A stretch of DNA of 44,552 nt from Octopus bimaculoides (taxonomy: Eukaryota), in assembly GCF_001194135.2 (NCBI RefSeq), contig NC_069001.1:37469477-37514028 (forward strand). The letters are read 5' to 3'. Made by a program: the position numbers and the translations under genes. Below the pieces are notes generated by a model that did no database searches, had not been told where the DNA came from, and worked only from the letters and a program-made list of their open reading frames with translations. Positions 11,873-22,563 of this stretch are shown here, in pieces; position 1 is the first letter of the stretch; every line of letters starts with the position of its first letter.

Positions 11873-12026
11873 TGTACCCTCAGCTCTCATAATCTACGTC
11901 ACAGGCTCCCTCTCAGTGACAGCCACTATCACACACTCACACACACATACATAAATGCACACACACATTTATACAGCAGCTGTTCACCGAGTGAGCCTCA
12001 AGTCAGGTTTCTCATCATTGGGTACA
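11873..12026 (-). ncRNA. Box C/D guide RNA copy 1, SNORD97/SCARNA97(SNORD133)-like; predicted Cm34 of elongator tRNA-Met(CAT)
   Basis: Minus strand: 7-bp terminal stem TGTACCC/GGGTACA, box C ATGATGA (12018-12012), D' CTGA (11916-11913), box D CTGA (11883-11880), guide TAGATTATGAGAG directly before D, and a UG-rich hairpin. It is intronic and on the host strand. Confidence 0.85.
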
Positions 12027-12231
12027 AGAAATACACATTAAGTTACAACTGTACTGACCAAGTGTTTCTTCTAACCCCACAGGTGTATCCACCCAGAATA
12101 CAAGCATTCAACCACATGGTTTCAGGTTCATTCTTACTGCATGGCACCTTGGGCAAGTGTCTCCTACTCTAGCCCCAAATCAACCAAACCATTATGAGTG
12201 AATTTGCTAAATGGAAACTGGAAGTCCACCG

Positions 12232-12268
<37 letters not shown>

Positions 12269-12435
12269 TGTGATTGAGAAGACCCGGCAAGTAAAGTGAG
12301 ATCACAGCCGTAGCCTATAACAGTGTTGCATAACCAGCCCATAACAAAGATATTTTACTAAATTACTCTTCGTTTTCTTCAAAATAATTGAACCAAAGTC
12401 TGTGTATTTAGAAATACAGGAACAAAATGGTCTCA

Positions 12436-12609
12436 CCCTTTAGCATTGAAATTCCTCAGTTAAAAATATTGCTTATTTATTCAAATTGTGTTTAGTTAGT
12501 TATGCATTCAGTAGCTTTGAGATTTCAGTGATGTAAAAGTTTATTTTGAAAATGATATTGTAGGGTAAGTGTGAAAGGCTCGATATGGCTGGTTTAAATA
12601 GCTAAAGGG
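12436..12609. mobile_element. piggyBac-like MITE, decayed copy (CCCTTTAGCA...GCTAAAGGG)
   Basis: Same body as 42306-42528 and the partial copy at ~7822-7990. It sits between guide RNA copies 1 and 2. Confidence 0.7.
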
Positions 12610-12691
12610 TTGAGAGAATGCAACCCTCACTCGGTCTCTCTCTGCTTGTAAAGACACCCCACCATGAGTGTTAAACTATGCAAGTTTTCTG

Positions 12692-12841
12692 TGTACCCTC
12701 AGCTCTCATAATCTGTGTCATTGGTTCCCTCTCAGTGGCAGCCACTATCACACACGCACACGCACAGCCTCACACTCACACACATATACAGCAGCTATCC
12801 ACTGAGTGAACCTCAAGTTCTGTTTCTCATCATTGGGTACA
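12692..12841 (-). ncRNA. Box C/D guide RNA copy 2, SNORD97/SCARNA97(SNORD133)-like
   Basis: Terminal stem TGTACCC/GGGTACA, box C ATGATGA (12833-12827), D' (12735-12732), box D (12702-12699), guide CAGATTATGAGAG, UG-rich hairpin. Confidence 0.87.
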
Positions 12842-13336
12842 TGAAACTACAATATTTGTCCCACCCCCACCGTAAAGCAACATATCTACCCTTCTTACAG
12901 CAATACAAGCCAACCTCGAGGTTGTGAAAATAGCAGCTGCATCTCACCCACAGAAATTATAGTGCCACACAAGCCAGGATGGTCATGGCTGGAACGCCTT
13001 TAATAAGGTCTGGTCAACTTATTTGATCTGCGGCTACAATATGGTCGTGTTGTTAAGAAATTCGATTTGCCATGACAAGAACCACAGATCTGTCACCGTA
13101 AGTTACCTCCCTTGTTTGTTACTCCAAGCCACATGCGTTAACAAAACTAAGTAAATGGAAACTGTGTGGAAGCCTGTCAGATTGCTTGTTCTCGGGTACC
13201 ATTAATGGAGTACATTCTGCTGGAAGACTGCTTGGTTTTCAGATATCAGTCTTTTCTTCCATTAATCCAAGAAGCCAGGCAAAAGACATCATGGCTGCTA
13301 CTCGTCTCCAGTCTAAACTACCATGAGTATATCCAC

Positions 13337-13490
13337 GCATGGCCCAGTGGTTAAGCACTCTTCGTAACCCCATGGTTTCAGGTTCAGCCCTCCTGTGCAG
13401 CATCTCAAGCGTCTTCTACAATAGTCCTAACCCTAATTTAATAACTTGAGTGAATTTGGTAGATGGAAACTGCGTAGAAGCCCGTCATAT
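13337..13490 (+). mobile_element. tRNA-derived SINE-like repeat, family C (other decayed copies at ~5925-6050, ~8325-8450, ~12100-12230 and ~39886-40058 on +; ~3250-3380, ~3800-3920, ~6520-6670 and ~19285-19480 on -)
   Basis: A-box-like GCATGGCCCAGTGGTTAAG, then (g)gttcag.ccc, and the recurrent tail gagtgaatttggtaga(t/c)ggaaactg...agaagccc. Confidence 0.7.
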
Positions 13491-13739
13491 TTATATTGAA
13501 TTTCTTTATCTCTGTCACCATCATCACTTGACCCACTATCGGTTTGTTTACATCCCCTTTACTAGTTTGGCAAAATAGATTAATAGAATAAGGACGGGGC
13601 TTACCAAATGGTTTTATTTTGTGTACTAATTAACGCCATGACGTCTCCTCGAGGAATTTCACACTCCTAACCATAACACCAAGTGATCGTACCTACAGAC
13701 ACTACCCAGGGTGTGGAAGGAGCTTTTTTTTTTTTTCAA

Positions 13740-13895
13740 TGTACCCTCAGCTCTCATAATCTGCGTCACAGGCTCCCTCTCAGTTACAGCCACTATCACA
13801 CACATACCGACATATATAAACGCATACACTCACACATTTATACAGCAGCTGTCCACTGAGTGAGCCTCAAGTCAGTTTTCTCATCATTGGGTACA
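13740..13895 (-). ncRNA. Box C/D guide RNA copy 3, SNORD97/SCARNA97(SNORD133)-like
   Basis: Terminal stem TGTACCC/GGGTACA, box C ATGATGA (13887-13881), D' (13783-13780), C'-like GTGACGC, guide CAGATTATGAGAG, box D (13750-13747), UG-rich hairpin. Confidence 0.87.
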
Positions 13896-15112
13896 AGGAA
13901 TATTCTACAAAAAGTTACAACTGTACCGACGAAAGGAAGTATTTGTTCTACCCCTACAACGGTATCCACTTTTATAGCACGTGCTTACATCCTAACTCTG
14001 CTCAATAAAAAGTACCACAGAACAAGGGAATATCCATGTGGTTACTTCACCTGGTAAAAATAACAGCTAAATCTCTTAAATCATAACTACTATCTTTTAT
14101 ATAAAAAAAAGGGAGAAAAAAAAAGCCAAGAGAGACATGATGGAACACCCGAGTTGCATGGCGATTGACATAATCACTATGTAGTTAGTTAAGTCTTATA
14201 ACTATTTCTTTAAGGGTGGCCATCAACTGATTACACAACCTAACATCTCATTAACAGCAATATATTAATGTAAATATAAAATACAATTTCGTTATTCATT
14301 ATAAATTATATTTCTCCTTCACACCTACCCGTAATAAATAATTATTATTGAGGCTGGCTGGACGTCTTCCTCTTTATTATTAGTTTGTTTCAGTCAGTCC
14401 AGTTTGAAGACCACCCACACATTATATAAGAAATAATTAAGATTGAGTTGAATTAGGTATTTAAGTTGAGACACCAAGTCAGTCCAGTATTGTCCGCACA
14501 GTTCGAAGTAAGGTGAATAAAAAACAAATAACCAACGAGGATACCTGGACATCCTCGTAACTTATTTACTTTATATGGCGATCTATCGGGAGTGTCTCCA
14601 GATTGCCGATATGAGACATCAATCAATTTCTTTTTCAGCCTAGTCGTCTGGGTCTTGTGTGTACACACACACACACACGCAAGAGCCAGGACACCAGTTC
14701 TACACGAGTTCAGTTATAGACTATTTCACGAGAAAGCGCCGCACTTAATACACACACATACGTATTATACACTCACAGGCTTCGAGTTTCTTTCTACTGG
14801 ATTGGGTCACTGGGATCTATATCAGAAGACACTTGCCCAAAGTAGCATGCAACACAACCAAAGTATTAAAAAAAAATGAGGTGAAGGGAGGGAACTCTAG
14901 CGATTTAGGCTGATCCCCTTCCTCCCTCCTAATAATTATAAAGGGGTCAACCACACATTTGAGGAAAGGTTACGATCACTTAGTTCGTGATTGGTACTTA
15001 TTTTATCCAAGGAGAAAACAGTGACAATATTGAATAGACGCAGAAGAATTTTATAGGAAATACAAGAGCCTCTTGATCAAGTGCTGGCTTGAGGTGAGGC
15101 GAAAATACGAAC

Positions 15113-15251
15113 CCTTTCGTCAGCTTACAGATGTCTCCGGTTTGTAGCAAACAGCCTGCTTCGTCCCACACGGACACGTTGACCGAACCGGATTTATCGG
15201 CCACTTTACACGACCGCACATCATGTCCATCTTTGGTTCGGGTAGGTTTAC
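15113..15251 (-). CDS. NABP: NABP/SOSS-B coding exon 2 (OB fold)
   Basis: Acceptor atatttcag|GT and donor GG|gttcgt. 139 nt: (G)[45 protein letters not shown](G), matching hSSB1 [29 protein letters not shown]. Confidence 0.95.
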
Positions 15252-16283
15252 CTGAAATATAAATTCGGGTTAGATACACAGTGGAAAAAAACAAACAAAC
15301 CAAAAAACCAAAAACATACACGCCACAGATATATACATACATATAAGCACATACATACGCGCGCACAACTTTAAGAATATATATATCAAAAGTAGCTGGG
15401 CAAATAAATACAAAGCTAGGAATAAAAATATAGCAGTAATTATTATATTATGAAATTTCGGGAGAAATATTGAGTAACCATCTGCTTAAACGTAAGTTTA
15501 AATACATGAAACATAATTTGAAATCCTTGCATAGATCTAAGTAAAACTAAGTTTCCTAGCCACTCACCATTTGTTAGTGACTGCGTGTTGTAATAAATTA
15601 AATGCCTATGAACCCCACTAACTACCTCGATACAAGGTAACGCCAACCACCCATCTTATATACTTTTACAACTTGATAAAATATGTTATTAATGCACACA
15701 CATCCCGATTCCCTTACTATATTAGTTACTAAAACGACTTTGCTGTTCGATTGCGTACGCATGAGGTAAAAATAATGTTAGCCGTTTTCTATACGGAACA
15801 CAAGGCAAACTAACTGTTTACCATGTGCTGTGTAAAGGTGTGTGTATATATATATATATATATACACACACACATACAAGCTCTTACATGCTGCTACATA
15901 CCTAGAGAGAGAGGACCTTTCCATAGTCAGCGAGAACCAGTAAAATAGAAGATAAATATAGATAAATGTAGCACCACCAGACATACCCCCAACTCAACCA
16001 ATCAGGACGATTCCATTAGTTCACCACTACCAACCAAACAATCGCCCGTCACAACACTATCCTCCTCCACCCCCTGCTTCGTCTACGTCTAAAAATGGAC
16101 TCTTCCATGTCAGCAGATAATTTACAAGACACAGTATTACAAGTAGAGTATGTATATACATACACATATAGTATTACGAAACCACCATCCCGAAGGGGGG
16201 AGGGAATCGGGGTGCAATAAGGGTGTAGTTAAGTTACGCACGTTGACGGCTGTTTTTTTTTTCTGTTTGTATGTATTACCTAC

Positions 16284-16371
16284 CTATTTCCAGAACAATA
16301 AAAGCAACATTAAGACTCTTCAGACCAGGTCTTATGTCTTTGATTTGCATAAATGCAGGATGGCCGTCCAT
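16284..16371 (-). CDS. NABP: NABP/SOSS-B (hSSB1/2-like ssDNA-binding protein) coding exon 1
   Basis: ATG at 16371-16369: MDGHPAFMQIKDIRPGLKSLNVAFIVLEI(G), donor G|gtaggt. Matches hSSB1 [21 protein letters not shown]. Confidence 0.93.
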
Positions 16372-16399
16372 CGAAATATTAAAAAAAAAAAATTAAAGG

Positions 16400-16920
16400 A
16401 AATATAAATATCACAAACACACACCCCGACTACCGGAAGTCGTGAATAAAATGCCAACTTGGACTACTTCCGTTATGTAAGGACAACAGAAAAAAATTAT
16501 ATAAAAAAAAAAAGAATCAAGTTCCGCTTCGGTCCCCCCCTATCTATCTTAAAAGCCGCCTCAGGAATCAATTATGTTGGTTGAATGTCCGAGAAATCAG
16601 AAAGCTTCATATTGCTGTTGCTCAAAAACAAAATAAATAAAGACTAGTATTAAGGATGAAGCGAAAGTATAAATCGTTTTGTCAGTGAAGGGCGGGAAAG
16701 AAACATAAAATGGCGTTCAGAAGAAGTCAGCCATTTTGTCCCCCACCCTTTAAAGTGACAAAGAAAAACTTTCTGGAATTATATCTCTGAAAAGAAATTC
16801 GTAGTACGGCACGGCTTCGCTTCTCTTTCGTCTTTCTATAAAGACGATCAACGCAAAAGATGACAACAGGAAGGGAGTGGGAGACTAATATAGAAGTAAA
16901 AAAAAAATGGCTAAGGCTAC
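16400..16920. promoter_or_regulatory. Putative housekeeping, possibly bidirectional, promoter of NABP
   Basis: Locally CpG-richer. ETS/GABP-type CCGGAAGT (16433-16440) and ACTTCCG (16466-16472), GGGCGGGA (~16690), and YY1-type AAAATGGCG (16707-16715) and GCCATTTT (~16730), immediately upstream of the NABP ATG. Confidence 0.55.
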
Positions 16921-17139
16921 TACACAACTACGACTGAAATGTTTGCTTGTAAATGACCCAAAGAGAAAAACAACAGGGAGGCTTTCTTTGCTAGAGACAA
17001 GCGTTATGGAGTATATATACGTCGAGTACCGGCTTAGAGTGTGAGTAAAGGTGTGAATGAGTAAGAGCGAGGACAGAAGTGAAGGCGATCACGGCTACGG
17101 TCCTACTGCCTCGTGTTGTAGACGAGACGATTTATAGCA

Positions 17140-17930
17140 GTTACATACGGGCATTTACACAGGCGATGTGTGTGTGTATATGTATATGTCTGCCAGCAGC
17201 TACATGTGTGTGTGTGTGTGTGTTATAAACACATACGGGCATTTGTACAATATGGCTCTGTGTGTGTATCTACGAATGTGGTGTGTATGTTTATGTATTA
17301 ATGCGCATGTATGTGGGTATAAAGTGTGTCTGTGTGTACGAGCGTGGCTATAAAATATGAATCTATACTAATATATGCGTGTGTCTGTGCGAACGTAGAT
17401 GTAAATGTGTGTGTGTGTGTGTGTGTGTATTTATATGTCAGTGTATATGTACCAATGTGTGCGCGTGTAGCTATGAACACATACGGGCATTTACACTATG
17501 TGGACGTATGTATTTGTCAGTGTGTGTGTGTCTGTGTGTATGCGCGCGCATGTTAACATACGGGCATTTTGAAAACTGCGGATGTAAATGCATCTAACTC
17601 TCTTTATGTATATATATATATATATGTATGTATTTTTATGTACGTGTGTATATATCTGGATATGTATGTGTGAGTTGCTGCAACTACATTAAAGACGTAT
17701 GTGTGTCACTATAAACATATATGGGTGTATCAACGTATGTGCGCATGTGGTACTATACATATATGGGTATTCATAATGTGAGATAGCGCGTATCTATGTG
17801 TATGTGTGCATAAATACATAAAGCCCATGTTACATATATGTATGTGTCTATAAATAATACATGGGCGTAGCCAGTGTGTGTGTGTGTGTGTATTTTTATA
17901 ACATATATGTATGTATGTGTGTGTGAATGC
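17140..17930. repeat. (TG)/(TA)-rich degenerate minisatellite containing four ACATACGGGCATTT units
   Basis: Units seen near 17143, 17231, 17479 and 17556, embedded in TG/TA repeats. Confidence 0.75.
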
Positions 17931-17939
17931 TGTCATTGG

Positions 17940-18660
17940 AGAAGGAAGGAATAACGGAATAATAGAGTAATTAAACCATGGAAATAGGCTGAAGCACGAC
18001 AGAAAAGAAGTAGGGATAGAGAGAATAAGGGAATGATGAGAGAAAGAATAATATAGCTAAGAGTGAGAAAACGAAACGCAAAGAGGGAGGATGTCAGAGA
18101 GAGAGAGAGAGTAAAGTAAAGGAGTGAGGTGAGAGTAAGAAATAAATGAAAGGTGAGATGGAATAAGTATTACGCAAAGTAAGAGAAAGACAAAGGAAGG
18201 GAAGGTTACGAATTACAGAGGGGGAGATAAAAGTGAGAGTAAGACAGGTAAAAGGAGGGGAAGCGTGGAGATCGAGTAAGAGAATGAAGAGAGGAGAGTA
18301 AGAGTAAATGAAAGGTGAATAACAGGAAAGATACAGAATTAAATAGAAAAAGTGAGAGAGAGAGAAAAAAACAAATAAGGAGGTAAAGAGATACAAAGGA
18401 AGGGGAGGACGAATGTTAAAACAAAGGAGAAAAATAAAGAAGTGGAAGAAGTTTAAGAAACAAAGAGAGAGGAATCAGAACAGATAGGGAGAGAAAGAAA
18501 GTAGAAACGAAAGGGGGAGGGGAAAGTCAGAAAGGGAATAAAGAGCGAGAGAGAGAGAGAGGAAAGGAAAAGGGAAGATGAGAAAAGAAAACATAAGATT
18601 AACAAATGGGAAGAAGCTGAATAGAAGAGGAGAGAAAAAGATAAAGAAAACTATGGAAGC
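17940..18660. repeat. Purine-rich (GA/AAAG) low-complexity tract
   Basis: About 700 bp, nearly all A/G on the + strand. Confidence 0.85.
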
Positions 18661-19826
18661 ATCGACTTCGTAATAAATAGTGTTTGTTTGTATATTCTTT
18701 TTTCTTTTTTATTCTTCTATTTGTTTCAGTTAGAGTAGTTGTTTAGCCCAAGGTCAGCCTTGACCGAGCAAACCAATGATCAAATCGCGACCATTCTGTC
18801 TTTTAACTAATGAACAAGACACCGAAGATCACGCTATTTAATAATCCAACGTGTCGTTTCGAAGTGAGGGAGATTTAGTTGCTATTTCTAGCAGGTCGAG
18901 TGAACACCTACAAGCATCCTAGTCAACTAAAGACCAAACAGCAGTTGATATGGGGGTGGGGGGATAGTCCACTGCACACACACGAGTGGCATGTAAAAAG
19001 TTCTGGAACATTTCAGTAAGGGTGGCTTGGCAGAGTGGAACGAAGTGACTACAATATTTAAATACGGCACTACGTTCTGAGTTCAAATGACTGGTATCGA
19101 TAATGTACCAACAGAGAATCGGGTTAGGGAGAATTCACAAAAAAAAAAAAAAAAAAAAAAAAAAGACGAAGACAGGTGCTGTAGAGTCTACAGTGTAGAC
19201 AACAAACAGATGTATTAGTTTAACGCTTGGGAAGTGAAGAAGTGTTTAACGTTTCGAACCTACGCGCTCTTCCACAGAAAGAAACAAGGAGAGAAAATAA
19301 AGAACGTGTAGTGGCTAGTAGGCTTCTTTTAGTTTCCATCTACCGAATCCAGTCACAAGGATTTGGTCAGCCCAAAGTTACAGACGAAGACACTTGCCCA
19401 AGGTCCCACGCAGGAGGACTGAACCCGGGACTATGTGGTTGAAAAGCAAAAGTTCTTACCACATCGCCACGCACGCGCCTATGTAAATATGTAGGTATAT
19501 CTGTCTGCATGTATGTATACATGAATATATGTATGTATAGCTGTCTGTGTGTGTGTGTATGTACTGAGGTATCAATATTCAGGTTTATCAGGAAGCAGAA
19601 AATGATCTGAATATATATAGAGAGCCAATCCTTACAGACTTAATTGTTTACATTGTGTATCTGTGTCATACATGTTTGCGTGTGTATACTTTCTGGACAC
19701 TCCTTAACTACTCATTTATCATAGGCTGTGTATGTATACATATGTTTGTGTATGTGCATACAAATATATATATACATATATATACACACACACACAAACA
19801 CATATACATACACATCTATGTATACA

Positions 19827-19877
<51 letters not shown>

Positions 19878-22563
19878 GTATACACACACACACGCACACA
19901 TATATAAGAGAGAGAAGGAGGGATTATTTACATCCTTGTCACTCCTTATTCAAAAGTCTGTACTGTGCTACAGATTATATCCATAGATTTACAGATTTCA
20001 GCCAACATGCTCTGTAATAATAAACAGATGTAAACAACCTTGTTATTGTTTACAGAGCAGAAGACAACCCACTCCTTTCCAATCTCGAGTGATTACATCA
20101 TCTTCTCTCTCATATCAATCTTTAATCTTCATTCATGGTTTTGTGGCCTATAACAGCATCATCATCCTCTTTATCATCACTTAACATCCACTTTTCCATG
20201 TATGCATGGGTTGAATAGAATTCGTTGTTGTAGATTTTCTATGGCCAGATGCCCTTCATGTTGCCAATCACTGATGATGGTGCCAGATAGAAAGCTCCCA
20301 GTACACTGTAGAGTGGTTCATATTAGGAAGGGCATCAAATTGTAGAAACGATGATAGAACAGAAAATAGAGTCTGGTGTGGCTTTGGCCTTACAAATTCT
20401 GGTCAAACCATCCAACCCATGCCAGTATGGAAAATAGACGTTAAACCTTGATACAATTGGTGAAATGGCCATTATAGCTGAGGAAAACATCAGGATTATT
20501 CAGTCTGAAAACACAAAGCATAAAAGGCCATTAAATCAACCAACTTTCTAACTTAGTTTTCCCCACTGACTATTGATTTCATATTTGGTGTAGTTTGGTA
20601 TGAAATAAAATCCAAGATTAATTCAAAACAATGTGAATAAATAAGCCTTACCTTTGAGAGAGTAATCTGGATGCTGAAAGGTTAAACTCTGCGGTGAACA
20701 TTTGAGTCATTTCAATGGCTGATGGTTAACAAAATGCTTGCCCCTTTCTTAGTGTCAGCGCATTTTATACACCCAGTCATTTTACATAAAATTTTCCCAT
20801 TTTCTTCAGGCCACTCAAAATTCCCTGCTGGGGCACACATGCAGACATCTTGCATTTACATAATAAAAGAAACAGCTGCCGATCACCACTTCAGCCTGTA
20901 TTTTGGTGAATCCAATGAAGTCGTATTAATTCTGTTGTGGCTGGTATGACTTTTTGGTCAAGAAGTTTGATTTGTCATGATGTGGTTTTCAGTGCAACCC
21001 GATGCATGGCACCTGAGTCAGATATCTTCTACAAAAGCTTCAGGTTGACCAAAGTTTTGAGGATGGATTTGGCAGACATGAACAGTGGAAACCCATCCGA
21101 TGAACTGTTGTTGAGGGAATAGAATTAATCCATTGCCTGATCTTAGGGTGCCTTCTGCAGGGTCCTTGCTTTGAAAATAAGTTACTCCCTTTCTTTCTTT
21201 GGTGAAGTCATAAAACAAAGATCTTCAACTTTGACATCTAAACTATCAAATACACCCGTTCATTCTCCAAAGAGTTTCTAGAATTTTCTTCAAGTTATTT
21301 ATGATTTCTATGATAAAAGATATGCAACAGACTGGCATCCCATCCAGTGAGGAATATATATATATATATATATATATGCCAGAGAAACCAAGAAACCAGC
21401 CTTATGATTCTTATGGAGTAATGTGAGCTAACCCACAACAAAGATAAAAAAAAACCATCTTTAATTTGGTGAATTAATTTATTAAATGTCTGAGATGAAT
21501 TAATGATTCTTCTGATTTTAGTGTAGTTGTAAATGTTGATTTTCATTCAGGGACACAAAACAGCATATTTTTGTGAAAGATGTATTTAGAGGTACAAAGA
21601 CCCTACATTTGGTGAAGGGTATAGTTTAACGGCATACGGCCCTTCATTTTAGAGAAAGGTATAGTTCAGGGGTTGTGGCACCTGTAGCTTTTGAGACCTG
21701 CAAGTGTGATTTTTTGGGGAAAAATTTTTGATTTTTGCTTTAAAAAATATATTTTTGATGATTATCAAATGGTATTATGTATTGATGACAGGGGGACAAA
21801 AGGGATTTCCGTCAGTTTTGATGATGATTGTTCCAAATGTCTGATATACAGAAGTTTGTTGAATTGGTACATGGTTGAGTACTCCACAGATACATATACA
21901 CTTAATGTATTTCTCAAGGAAAATCAGCATAATACAATAAGTGACACGATGGTCCCTTTGAATTACAACTCAACTTCAACTATTTATTGTGCGTGCACAC
22001 ACACACACACATTGGGTCATCCCATAAATAATGCAGTTTTTTTAATCCTTCTTTTATCTTTCAAAATTAAGATAAACAAAGTTCTTTTTTTAATCTAAAA
22101 TATACTCTCCTTCATTTTATATATATATATATATATGTAGCCATCTGGTTCACCAGTCCTCAGTCAAATCGTCCAACCCATGCTAGAATGGAAAGCGGAC
22201 GTTAAACGATGATGATGATGATATATATATAACATCATCTTTTAATGTCCAGGTTTCATTCTGGCATGGGATTTTTGACAAGTAATTACCTTTCCCTGTT
22301 TATTTTAATAAAGTTTTCTTTAATGCATCCTTATTGCAGTTTATACGTGGCGTCACTTAAATATATGAACAAAAGTTTCACACCACTGGTATATCCGAAT
22401 GACTGAATCGTCCAGGCATCTCTGGTCATTTACTTCATTGGGATCTGAACGATGAAATGCAATGTCGACCTTCACAGGTTTTAATGTAGACGTAAATATA
22501 TATATTTTAAATATTTCATTTCTAAAGATGATATTAATTAGTTCAAGCAATTAAATTCTCGGA

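Noticed and set aside
11884-11896. Guide element targeting a spliceosomal snRNA or initiator tRNA-Met
   Set aside because: I saw no complement in the human U1, U2, U4, U5, U6 or U12 sequences as I recall them, or in the initiator tRNA-Met loop, whereas the elongator tRNA-Met match is 11-12 nt in the correct D+5 register. Checked from memory only.
11873-13895. The three ~150-bp direct repeats as a CRISPR array or SINE family
   Set aside because: Eukaryotic locus, ~1-kb spacers, no cas genes, no Pol III boxes, tails or TSDs; the conserved parts coincide exactly with C/D boxes, stems and guide.
20645-20660. Strong minus-strand donor AAAG|gtaagg
   Set aside because: It lies inside a fragment of the piggyBac-like MITE, and no associated exon was found.
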